Assembly (NCBI GenBank): GCA_026025075.1
Contig: JAPEUI010000005.1
Location: forward strand, 1-64,000
Direction of reading: 5' to 3'
DNA: 64,000 nucleotides
Origin: Vezdaea acicularis
Lineage: Eukaryota
How positions within the stretch are numbered: the stretch's first letter is position 1; each line of letters opens with the position of its first letter. Shown piece after piece: positions 24,987-42,487 of this stretch. Below the pieces are notes generated by a model that made no database searches, was not told the origin of the DNA, and saw nothing but the letters and a program-made list of their open reading frames with translations. The position numbers and the translations under genes are program-made.

Positions 24987-25325
24987 GATCGTTTGGTGAA
25001 TTGTTAAGGGGAATATAAAAGAGCACGGAAAAGTTGAGATGGCCGATAGTGGGGGGGGGGGGGAAGGTGGGACACGATTAGCCGATCGGGTCCGCTTGGC
25101 GATCAGGTACGCTTTGCATATTTTGACGTCAGGAGTGGGAGGCCACCTCCCCATTCCGGAGCTCAGCGAAGCAACATCGGAGGCATCCATGGGAGATGCC
25201 TAGGGTGTTCGTCTGAGCATGTTGCGTCTTGCAGCAGCACATAGCGTCAGAAATGCGCTAGCGACCACAAAACCACAGCCTTCACGTTTACTCGGTGATT
25301 GATGGAGTCGAAGAACCGGCTTCGC

Positions 25326-26882
25326 TCAGGCCAGTATTTCCATATCCTCAGTCTCGCTATCTTCAATGACGACTTCGATCCGGTCTGTAGGCTGGGCAAC
25401 CCCAGATCTTGTCAGACCGTTGCGCTTCGACTCCAGCAAATCCATAGACATGTCTGAGAGTGTGCTTCTGACGGACATGACATCTTCATCGTCGTCCGGT
25501 TCTCTGTAAAGCCAGTCATCTTCCGAGGTGTCCAATTTCAGAGCTGCATTTGTTCCTGTTTCGTCGTCGTCCTGGTCCCCGTCCGAGCCATCCTCATCGT
25601 GAACGTCTTCGTCATCGTCATCGTCACCCTCATCATCATCCACGTCCATCGCTGCAACAAGCTTCTTCGCACCCTTCGCCTCCTTGAGCTTCTTCTCCCG
25701 TGGCTTCTTCATCAGTTTCGCGAGTTCCGTCCCGCCACGACTGCGTAGACTGAGTTCTTGAACCACCTCGATCCAACGTACCTGTAATTGGCACGATGGA
25801 CATGTGCCTTCCGTGGGTATCAGCACGTTCTCGTCCTCCCCTGCCAAGAAATGCTTTGAAAGACATGTGAGGTGTGATACAGCGTTACAGTCGCCGTGCG
25901 GACAAGTAACAGCCATGTTTCGCTCCAGCTTCTGAACGTAAGCATGGCAAACGGCGCAGCTGACGTCCTTGTGGTCGGCGAGCAACTCCAGACTCTTTTC
26001 CACGTGCGCTTTGACGGGATTGTAGCTGACGTCGATACCCTCAATACCGCCTTTCCCAATTGTATCCGCTTTCTTGGGTCGTCGAGGTTGTGAGCTCGGT
26101 GGAGGAGCACTAGGGTCATCCGCGAGTGCTGGGACTTCGTCACGCTTCATATCTAGAAGTATTCTGATCCCGTCGCGGATGTTGCCCTGAACGCGCTCGG
26201 CCCATCGCAGCCAGACTTGGTAGATGTCTTCGGAGAAGAACCTCACTTCAAGCGGCAGCCGGGCAAAAGCGTCCACGCGCAGGAGGAGATGCAGGTTGCT
26301 GAGCTTGTCTGTGATGGATACGCGTGGCTTCGCGGGCCGTCTGCGCGTCCGACCAGATCTGGGGGAGGTGCGCACGTTGGTGTGTCGAACGGTGATGCGT
26401 TCCTCGGCGGATATGTGACGGGTGAGGTGGGTATTCTGCCAGGCCCATCTTTAGGAGCATTAGTCGCGTGAAAACAGGCAAGCAAAAGGATTGATTCAGT
26501 CGAGCTCAATTGGGAGAAGCTCTCACGATAGCATCAAGAAATCGCAGGTCTTCTCAACGGGGTAAGCAGTACAAAAGAAGTCAAGCAGACCAGGTCAGTA
26601 GAGGTAAACAAGCAAGCCAAACGCGCAAAGGAAGAAAAAAGCGCAGGCGTACTCGAACTGCAGAGCAGCTATCTTGCTGGGAAAGCCGGAGACGATGCAA
26701 ACCATCTCCCATGGCCGCAGGGTATCGCGCGAGGTCCTGACGGCGCCGCCCTTGGAGAGGCCGTTGTGCTGCGCGAGACGACGGACGGGATTTGGCGTTG
26801 ACCCCACGTAGAGGGCGCCATGGCGGATCGTGGACCGTAGGAGGTAGCAGCAGTAAAATGCTGGAATCGGCTTCAAGTCCAT
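25326..26882 (-). CDS. SLX1: Structure-specific endonuclease subunit Slx1 (GIY-YIG plus C-terminal RING/PHD-like domain)
   Basis: FYCCYLLRS...[17 protein letters not shown]...[28 protein letters not shown]-terminal CAVC...CPHGDC...HLTCL...CPSC. One ~204-nt intron at 26449-26652. Confidence 0.95.
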
Positions 26883-28906
26883 CGCACGGTAAGGTCAGTT
26901 GTGAACATCGTTGCTTGAACAGTCGTCGTCCTTAAGGTGCAGCTGCGGGCGAAGTTTGATATTCGAGTGCCGCGCCAAGGTCCAGACCTTCCCCAGGGCG
27001 TGTCGTGCCTGCCGATCAAACGCGCGCTAAACCGGAAGAATGGGCTTGGCAGCTACGGCGTGCTCTTCGGACCACTCGCGCTGATGATACGTCCAAATCA
27101 CCTGACCTGCGCACAATACGTATCATCGCAGCGCGAGTAAGGGCGGCGGCTGGGCGCTTGATATCACGACGCCATGGAACAGACCGTGGCAAGGCCAGTG
27201 GCGCCAAGACTACTCCCATCGAGCCCTCCGCGGAGTGCAGACATCACCGCCGTCCGCACCTCTTTCTTCTCCGTAGCCTCTCGTTCTCACCAGCAAATTC
27301 CCCTCCGTGGGCAGGTTTGGCACGATCTCCGGTGATTGGACGGAGGCGGCAAATAACTCGCAACGTCCGGCCGGGGCTGTTCTGGCCTGTCTGGCGCTGC
27401 CCGTTCCGGCTGGCCCGCTAGATCCGATCGGGGTGTTCCCTGCCAGAACTGGAGGACCCGTCCGCGTCGCCGCCCTTTCGCCGCTCGTGTCTGGTATCAA
27501 TCGCGCACGCCCCTCCCTCTCTCTCCGCTCGTCCGCGCCCCAGGAGCGTTGGTCAAACGAGAGGTCAAACTTTGCTCGGCGGTGCGGGCGCGCGCTGTTT
27601 TTCTTTTCTTTTCTTTGCTTGTCTTCCTTTTCCCTTTTGGTCTGCTGGAAGAGGAAGAGCGACGTGGCCCACGGATGAGCGATATCAGCATCAGGCGAGC
27701 GACACGAGGGAAGGGTGATGCATGCGGGCGAGGAAGGGGGAGCGAGGGGAGAGGAGGGAGGAAGCAAGCCGGAGATCACCTTCGCAGAGGACGAGGGAGA
27801 TATGCCTCTATTGCTCAACGTTCCATGATCTCCCTCTCCTCCTCCGCAAAGACCAATATTTCCACTTTCGCCGCGGTGCATGCAGAACGTCTTCTCCTCC
27901 CCTCTTCCCTCGGTTCCCCAACCCGCCCGCCCTCTCCTCTCCCATTGACAAGTGACTTGCGCCGCCGCGACTCCTGTCCAGTCGCACGCCCGTCCCTGTT
28001 GCGCCATCTGCATCACTTGCGTGCAGACGACCGACGGCCGTGATATCGCAGGTACCAAGTACGTACAAGAACGACGCCCTCGAGCCTTCCCATCCCCTCC
28101 CCCGTCCATTGGCTGCTCGTGCTGGCCCATCAGATGCGCTGCGTTGGCGCGCCCATGCCTTTTGCCTTGCCCGTCGTCACTCAGACCTCGGGTGCCCTTA
28201 CTTGTTACTTTCTGCCTCAACTCCTCCATCGGGAGGGGCCCTTCCCCGACCGGCGCACGGCCGGATGAGCGATACGTAAGGTCGACTCGAGCCGCAGAGG
28301 CGGAGGAGGGTGCCCCGTCATCGTGTTCTTCTTCGACTATCAAAAGGCGCCGTTGCGGCAGAAAGGGCTGGCCAAGATATTGACGGTAGCAGGCTCTGCG
28401 CGCGCCGGAGCGCGGAGTGACGGAGTGTGGTTAGTGCATAGTATAGTCGAGCGATAGACTCGCCGGATCAAACAATAGTGCTCGTGGCTCGTCGCCTTTT
28501 GCCCTTTGCCCTCTGCCCTCTGCCCTTCGTCCGTTGCTCGTCGCTCGTGTTGGTTCTTGTCGTGATGACGGGGTCTGCCCCCATCGCTGCATCGCATCTC
28601 GCCAATTGCGGCGCGCCCCCCTCGCTCTGGCCCAGACAAAGCCTGGTCCCTCCCACCTTTCGCTTGCACCTCGACCGGCCATCCCATCTCTCTCTTTTAT
28701 ATCCTCTCACGATAATCCAATTCCCACCGCCGACGCTCCTTCCCCGACCCAGCACCGGCCCATCCTGCCAGCGTGCGCCCTCTGCTCTTCACTGTATCAT
28801 ATTCGCGTCACCCTCGCTCCCCAGCCACCGCTCTTTTTTCCCTTCCGTTTTCCTCAACACACGCTCGAGAAAGCAGATCCGAGATATGTCTCGCATCGAC
28901 CACTAG

Positions 28907-34460
<5,554 letters not shown>

Positions 34461-34605
34461 ATCTCTATCATCTCGCCTCCTCCTCCTCTCCCTTGTTTCC
34501 CTACTCCTAATTCTGCGATGGAGAACAGAGGAAAAGGAAGAATGAGGGCTTGGTAGCTAGCAGCTAACTGGCTTTTTACCGCGCGCGAGCGGGTTAAGCG
34601 CCTTG

Positions 34606-34648
34606 TATCATTATCATTATTATCATTATTATTATTATTATTATTCAT
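34606..34648. repeat. (ATC/ATT)n trinucleotide microsatellite
   Basis: tatcattatcattattatcattattattattattattatt in the 3' region of the KDM5 gene. Confidence 0.85.
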
Positions 34649-35289
34649 CCCTTTTCTTGTTGAGTCGTGGTTTGGTTGGCTCTTGCTGTGGTCTATTGTG
34701 CTTTGCTTGCTTGCGAGACGACGTTGCTCGATTCTGTCTCGGTCTTGGCACCCACGCTGCTGTGGTGGGAGTCAGGGCACTTACTTACCTAATCACCTAC
34801 CCTCCACCCTCCCCTCTGGGTTTGTTCGCTAGCTCTCCTCTTCTGGGTGGTTGGTCGCTTTAGGGGAGCGTTAGGAGGAAAAGGGGGGGAGGGGGGGGAG
34901 AAGAGGGATGCATGGGAGTATGTATGGAGGACGGACGATGGGGGCGTGAGGCCTTAGATTCTCGGGGCGGCTTGCTGGGTGGGTATAACCATCCCTCCAC
35001 CGTACTACTCGGAGAGCTCGGAGGAGGGGAGGGAGGGTGGGGGTGGATATGGAGAGTGGATAGATACGGTCGGTATGAGAGAGAGAGAGGGGGGGGGAGG
35101 GTTTATGGGGTACACGGGTGGAACGGGTCGAATAAGTGAGGAAGATTGAGATGATATCCAATACGGCTATTTCCCGTCACTGCGGGGGAGGGGGCGGTGG
35201 AAGAGACTACCCCACCACGCTAGAACTAAAATCTTCTCCTTCCGCCCGCTTTCCCTCTCTAACCCTCGCTCCACCCAACCCTCCCACCC

Positions 35290-38000
35290 CTATATTTCCC
35301 TCCCATCCCCCCTTCCCTCTCCCTCCCTCAAAGCATCCACTCCATCCAACAAACTCCCCCTAACAAACCTCTCCCCAACCCTAAGATCCACAAGCGGCCT
35401 CCCTTTCTCCCCCCTCACACCCCTTCCCTGCATCAACGCGCCCTGTCCCTCTTTCCCCCGAGAAGCGAGGAGGCCCGTAAACCCCTCTTCCTGGCCATCA
35501 AGCTGAGCGTGGGGGACGGAGGAGTTGGAAAGGGGGGGAGCGCCATTTGTTGAGGTGGATGGTCTTGCTCCTCCTCCGCTGGGTTCTGCTGCGGTGGGTC
35601 CGGCGGCAGTGGGGGTGGTGCGGGGAGGTTTGTAGCGAGCGGGTTTCGCGGTGGAGGGGCGGCGCCAGGTGGTGCTGCTCGGTAGCTTTATCGCGGTTTC
35701 AGGGGAGGTAGCGGCATCCACTAGGGCGCCCCCCGCAGCGGCGAGGTCGGGTAGGGGATGGTATCCGCGGCCTTTGCGCTGGTGCTGGGGCGGTTCTTGG
35801 TAAGCTGGGTGGGAGAAGTCGAGGAGGGGTTTCGGTTTCGGTTTTTGAGAAGGGGTGCGGTTGAGTGTTGTTGTTGTTGTGGCGGGGGTTTGTTGGGTGT
35901 GAGAGGTTGCGAGGAGGGTGGAGCCGGGGGTGAAGGGGTTGGAGGCGGGGTCGTTTGCTGGGTTCTTCTGCGCGTCTAGGGCGGCGCGGCGGTGGGAGTA
36001 GGTTCGGCCGAGGAGAGAGGTGGGGGCGAAGGGGATGTCTTTGTTTAGGCCGCTATGCTCGTCTGCGTCGGAGGAGGGCGGGGAGTGGGTGCTGGGGTTT
36101 GAGGGGCTGGCTATTTTGGAGAGTCGGGTGGGAAAGGAGGAGGGTGGAGGGGAGTGCTGTCCCCTTGCTGTCGAGGGCTTGCGGGCATGGGATGCTCGTT
36201 GCGGGGAGGTATGCTGGCGTGGGGACGAAGGCGGCAGCGGGTCGGCGATGGTGTTGGAGAATTCTTCCGTGGTCAAGAGCGGCTGGAAGGAGCCGATCTG
36301 GTAGGGGACCGGCCCGTCGGTCGAGGGAGTCTGTTTATGCTGAACGCGTTTGCTCGCTGCGCGGCTCAGACCCTTATACGTGGGTGATTTGGGGTGCTCA
36401 GTCTTCTTCTGGCCCTCGCCCATGCGGTGCACGAGGTACCAGCTCCGCCACTGCTGCACGGCGCTGTACCACTGCGAAGCAAGGCGCTTATCGTTCGTGG
36501 CGAAGAAGTGGACGAAGGTCGTCTGGTCTGTAAAGAGCGACGATTTCTGTTGCGACTTGATGGCGAAGCAATGCTTCTTGCCGGGCCGTATGACTTTCTT
36601 CAGCTGCGATGCGGTGGGCGTGTATATGTCAAAGTCCGAGAGGTGGCACACGTTCGCGGTGTCTTTCTCCGAGGCACCCTCCTTCTTGGATATCTGAATC
36701 TGCCCGTCCTCGCGCAGGGTGAGGCATTGCTTCTTCCATTTTCCGGGACGCTGCGAATAGTTGATCTGGACTGTCATCGGCTCAGGCTGGTCTTCTGGAA
36801 CTGACTTTGCGTCCAATTCTGCGTCATCTCCATTTTTGGCGGACGAGACGAGCAGTAGAGCGTTTGCAGAGTCGCGGTCCCACGAGTTCATTATGTCCCG
36901 GATGTGCTCATAGTTGCGAATAGGACGTTCGAGTCCAATCTTTAGGTAAGACTCCAAGAGGACAGATGCGGAAATGTCGACAGGTTGGCTGAGGATGTTT
37001 GCGGCAGATCGGATCAGGTCAACAGGTGTAGTCTCGGGTGTCACAGGGAGATTGATAGATGTGTGTTGGCAGCGTATTGTGACCCTCTGGGTTGACTGTT
37101 AGGACGATTTAAGGAGTAGACATGACAGCAACTAACCCGTTCCCCAGCATTGACAGCTGATATCGGAGCATCCACCCCGACCGCCACGTCTGCCCCGCCT
37201 CCTCCATTTGGATCTATAAGCTGATCGTTATAGGAAGTTTTCTCGCCATCTCCTTTCCGTGACGCACTCGGCAAGCCAGTCTTCGACCTTGTCTTTGCCC
37301 AAAACCCAGGGCGCTCTTTGACAGGGCTTGTCACTTTCGACTGATCCCCGGGCGGTGGCCCTTGTGCAAGCCCATTCGACAAGGCAGGGTTCGAACGAGA
37401 CCGCATCTCAGCTCGTTCTTCGATAGTCTGTCGCGCCGTAGGTTGTATCCTCTCCAGCCCCTCTACCCAGCGGTTCCTCCTCTCCCTTTCGCGGGACCTG
37501 AACTCAGAACCCTCATCATTCCTCAATTCTTCCGTCTTTGTCTGATCTCGAGCACCTTCAATTTCCGCCCATGATCGCGTCTCTTGCCGACCAGCCTCCT
37601 TCATCTGCTCTTCTTCCTCTTGCCTATTTGGTTCAGCTGCTGGGCGCGCCCGCCCCTCATCGCGACCGCCAGACCGTCTGTTAGAAACTGCAGGTGAACT
37701 GTCTGAGTCATATGCTCTGCGCGATCGCGGCGGCGTCTTGAAAGGATTGTCGATGGCAGGCGTTCTTCTAGTCTGCTGCGTCGGTAATGGTGGGGGAGCG
37801 CCAGGGCCAGTGGAAGTTCGATGCCGGTGGTACCGTGACATGCTCCGTGCAATTGCATCGCTCTTCGGCGGAGAGACATGATGAGCGGGTGGTAGAGGCG
37901 GGACGGTCTCGTCGAGCTTCGCGTTAGCTGCTTTGCGCACAGAGCGGTAACGGGAGAACTTCTGCGCCTGGGAAGGCTGGGTTTCAACGTCAGCGGCCAT
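35290..38000 (-). CDS. Uncharacterised fungal protein with a central Ras-association-like plus PH-like region between disordered termini
   Basis: KFSRYRSVR, DAPISAVNAGER|RVT, LERPIRNYEHIRDIMNSWD, CHLSDFDIYTP, CFAIKSQQKSSLF...FVHFFAT...WYSAVQQWRSWYL. Intron at about 37087-37135. Confidence 0.7.
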
Positions 38001-40048
38001 TTTCGTTTGTTTTGAGGCTATCGCCGCCGAGCAAGGGCTAATTGATGATCGTGACCGCCCATTGAAGTTGTACTCAAGAGCGCATTTTAAAGCCCTGAGT
38101 CCATCGAGACACGTTTGGCAGGGCTGAACGATGGGATTGCCCCAATTTCGTGATTACAGGGGGTCTTTTCCTAATGGCAATTTGACGCGACGTCAATAAC
38201 AACCACCGAAAATCGCGTGCGCTTCATTTCCGGATTGAGCAGCGTGGAAAGACCTTGGGAGGAAGACTCGCACACAGACATAGATACTTCAAGGGAGGGA
38301 TGCCGTCACGGTATATCTGTATATGGGCAAGAGAGACGGGACAGACTGAGACGAGGTGGCTATTCGTGTGGATCTGTCTGATCTTTCGTAACGTTAGAGC
38401 GTCCACGTCATTGACAATCAACTTCGTGGAAGAGAAGCATCAACGTCCGGAGCGTAAGTTTCGTAGACCACGTCCAAGAATTCAAATTCGACGGATAGTG
38501 CTCTGCATCAAGCATCTAATGCTACAATCTTGAGATACATGCGTGCTGCTATGCCAGCGCGTCTTTGTCCATCGCGACGGACGTCCACAAATCTCTTCTT
38601 CACGCCCACCCATCAAGGGCAGACCGCAATGAAAAGAAAAAGCGACTCGAGTCGAGAGAGTAGGGTTCCAAAAATTCCCTGACGATTCGAAAACCACCAG
38701 GAGCAGTCAAATAGTTGTAGTTTTCAACTAGCAAAAACGCAATCTCGGACGAATCCTCACTGATATGCGTAACACCCCTGCACGAAGATGCGGAGGGAAG
38801 AAGAGAGTGAGAGGGACGGGCCTTTTATAGACGAAAGGGCTACGGCGGCCCAGGCAGCAGCTGAACACAACACGCTAGTATTGCCAAGAGATTTCTTTCG
38901 GTCGCGCCTAACACCCGATGGGGAAAGGTCAATTCCAGGCATGTCGAGTATCAGTATCAACAGAGTCACGCATTGGTGGCCACGGCGAGGAACTCAGTCG
39001 GCCTCAGGTGCTGCGACGGGCGAAGATCTGCTCTTCCCGACCCCTATTCAAGCAGTGATCGCTGCAACTTGTCGTTGGGGATTGCTCGCGAAGGTGTAGC
39101 ACGGCTCTTTCCTTCACGCTTACTGTTTACTCTCTCTTGGACCAGGCTGAGGTCCAACTTATCCCTTTCTCATATACATTGGGATCCATTATCTTGCCTC
39201 GTACGCCCGACCCGTGACGGCCTTTTCGTCCGGCTCGCTAGGCTTCCTACTCGGCCATTCTTCCGGCAGATTTATTACACGCGAATTCCGAGCTATGTCA
39301 ACCTGAGGCTCGAGCTTCTTCCAAGCCGATCCTTCCCTCCTGCGTCGCCAGCTTTTTCTTCTTCAGCATGGCAGCAGTCATTGAAAACCCTCAGTCTGGG
39401 CGGAGCTCTGTGCGTCAGCCAGCTCGTTGGCTCTCTCGCTGTAGCGACACGAAAATTTGTTGCCACCAAGGTCAGCCATTCATAGCGCTCCCAATGGTCG
39501 CTGCGTGGTATCGGCGTCCCCAACAGGAGGATAACGAAAGCATGGAAGATTACTGGTCTTCCTACTGCCTGCATGGCGCAGCTGCTCTGCACCATGAGTG
39601 GTCTCAAGTCTTTCGTTACTACATTCTCGTTCACAATTCTCTCCATCTATTTGTCAGTATGCTGATTTCAGCAACTCGTCGTTTTCGCGAATCTAAATCT
39701 CAAATTCAATCGCGTCGTTCTTGGAGACCGCTCTATCAGTTCCATTCATTGTCTGTGCGCCTTGCGCGTCATTCCGGGCCTAGGGTCCTAAAAAAGCCTC
39801 ATGGCTTGTCAAGGATCAGTTGGCTTCCCTTAGTTTCCCATGTGCTTTAAGCGCAATCAATGTATTTTGCGTTCCATGGTACACGATGAGACTATTTCCG
39901 AGTTTTCTCTTTGGTTGCTATAAGACCCTGAAGATCCGGACCCTTCCCGGAGCGCGGCGCCGGATCTTCTTCTCTCCGCTATCATAATTTCTTCAGCCCT
40001 CCACAGCCCGAATCTGACATTCGTTTTAATCAAAAGCATCATTAATCA

Positions 40049-41130
40049 ATGTCTATTGGAGCTGCTGCCGCGGCCGCGGCATCGGTGGCTCTTTTAGACG
40101 CCGCCGCTGGCGCCGGGGTCCCGTTCAGCTTCTATCAAACGGGTTCCATTCCCGTTAATACCTCTGAGACAGACCTCGTCGTTCGTCCCCCAAACCCAAA
40201 TGCTGGCTCCTCTTTATACTTAACAGTCTCCAGGTGTTAAACTGCTCGGGGCGATTACCCGCATCGGGTTATCCCACAGACATCTTCCGCACTAATTTCA
40301 CAACTCTCTTCTCATTCTGTGAGATGGGCTGCATATGCGAGGGCGATTCGTTGACTCCGAACTGCAAGCTGCCATTTGCTGGCTCAAACGTATCAGACTT
40401 CTCTCAATTCAATTCTTCCGGCACCTGCATCAGTAATTGCAATTGCATAAGCGTCAAGGCAGCCAATATTACAATCTCTATGAATGTCAATACTAGTCGA
40501 AGCTCCGAAATCACCAATATCACACTACCTGGAAATGTTTCCTATCCTGCAAATGAGACGACGGTCCCTCTTAATGTGACTATACTGAAGGATATGACTT
40601 CACCTGGACAGACGTCATACAATGGAACTATTACTACGGTTCCTCAGAATACGACTAATGTAACATGCCCTAAAGGGCCCTTCCCTTCTGGGACTTCGGC
40701 GAAGAATTATCGCTTTCCTTACCCGAAGGTAGACATTAGCTGTTACCCACAGAACACCCCTCTCTGGACACTTATAACGCCGGACTTCGACTCAACAAAT
40801 GCTCAGCTTTGTGACCAATGCCCGGAAAAGTTTGTCTAATCTCCCTGCATGTGCAGAGCCTATGCTAACAGAGACTGATAGCTATGGGCCTGATCCCGAC
40901 TGCAAGCTTCAGTGTGTAGTCCCCGCGTTACCTTGAAAGACTCTTGCTAATCGTATCTTAGACCAATCCCACTTCCAGGCCCGTGCTGCAACCCTGGTCA
41001 GGGCTGCTACTTCGTCACAAAGCTGAGCAAACGAGAGGAGAGTGTTCTGACGACAGGAAAGAGGGGCGACAAGAGAAAGGCTGTGAAAAGGTTCATCTCG
41101 GCCGCTGAAAACGTTCTATGGCCCGAGTGA
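40049..41130 (+). CDS. Putative secreted or surface cysteine-rich glycoprotein (orphan); true start uncertain
   Basis: Three plausible introns (about 40181-40233, 40830-40881, 40912-40962) join an Ala-rich N-terminus, 16 Cys, many NxS/T sequons and a C-terminus ...PCCNPGQGCYFVTKLSKREESVLTTGKRGDKRKAVKRFISAAENVLWPE*. Confidence 0.65.
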
Positions 41131-42487
41131 CAGCGGGAACCTGGGTCGCTAAGCTCATTTGCTTCGAGAGCATGATATTAATGATGCGAATTCAAAAATT
41201 CTATGTCCATGTTAATCTTGTTGAGGAGTTGGGGGGAAGCTTCGGTGTTCTTTAGAGGTTGGGTCATCACTCTTAAGCTTCCTTACTCCCCGTGGATGGT
41301 CGGTCCAGGCGTTGTGGTAATGAACAGTCTCATGCTCACAATCTGGGCCATGTCTTTTATTCGGGTTCGTAGCTTTCATGAAATGATTATCTCTAAACAA
41401 TCGATCAACTTAAAACTCCTATATTGTCTCGTGTTACTAGCCATAGGGCTTCGCGTGAGCCAAATCGCCCTTCCCACTTCCAAAATCATCCACCCTTGTG
41501 TCTCGATTCTAATTCAAGCAAAACTCCAAGGGAATATCATATCAGACCCATCTACACTGATGATACTTCTTTTATAACTCATCTCCATTTCATCCCATGT
41601 TAACTTCCCGATGTAGTACATGAACGACCCTCAAATTAACATTAAATCTCCATGTAAAAATTGGGGTTGGATTCGCCAATCTCGAAAATATCTCCAGAAG
41701 AAAAAAAGGCAACTTAATTATAAATCTACAGGAGGAACCCGAAAAGAAGAAAAACACCTTATTCGATGCCGGAAAAAAGCGTGGAAAAAGCACAGAATTT
41801 TTCGAAACCCTGTTGACATAGATGCGTCTGGACTCTCTGTGACCGCATGTGCGAGTCCTCGGAATTGTGCAAGGCGGTGAGCTCGCGAGAGCACGCCATG
41901 TGGCGCTTATCATATCGGTACAATATTCAAACTCACGAAGCATCTATAATGACCAATTGATTGGAATATCAGGCGTGAAATGCACGATAAGACTGCTATA
42001 GATACTGTTCCAGCGGACTCCTACAAATCCAAAACCTGCAGAGAGGAAAAGCCGACAAATGACCGCATTGGTCTCGCTTGATTCCTCCGAGGCAAAGTCA
42101 CACCATACGTAGCTCGGCACCACTCCTACATGATACACCAGGAAAGTTGACCACTCGACCGCAACATGATTTCCCTCCCGACATAAGCCGAACATCTGCA
42201 TGTCGACGAAAACCGCCCACCTTCGACATGGAACAGTTTCCTAGCTAGCAACGACTCCGTTGCAAGAACCCTCCCGCAAGTGTCCAATTCGCTTTCAAAG
42301 AAGCCCAGGAATTCGCCGTCGATTGGTCTGGACATCGGACTGCCGGGAGGATAGAAGAGCGGCAACCTCCCGGCGTGCCACGAGAAGTAACCGCGTCCAT
42401 CGAAGCTCCATCTTCTACTCTTCGTCGATTGCCGTACGACGTCGCATACCTCCACGACGCTCTTGCCTCCAGGCCGTCCTATATACC

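Noticed and set aside
25200..25225. TPP riboswitch upstream of the NMT1-superfamily gene (GGGTG...CTGAG)
   Set aside because: It is on the opposite strand to the gene and lacks the CTGAGA and downstream conserved core. The gene's introns show no aptamer either.
26449..26652. snoRNA in the unusually long SLX1 intron
   Set aside because: No convincing box C (RTGATGA) with box D spacing, and no H/ACA layout, by eye.
27210..28343. 377-aa minus-strand ORF between SLX1 and KDM5
   Set aside because: GC-rich region with open frames on both strands, G/R/A-biased composition and no domain. More likely a long promoter or 5' UTR, though not disproved.
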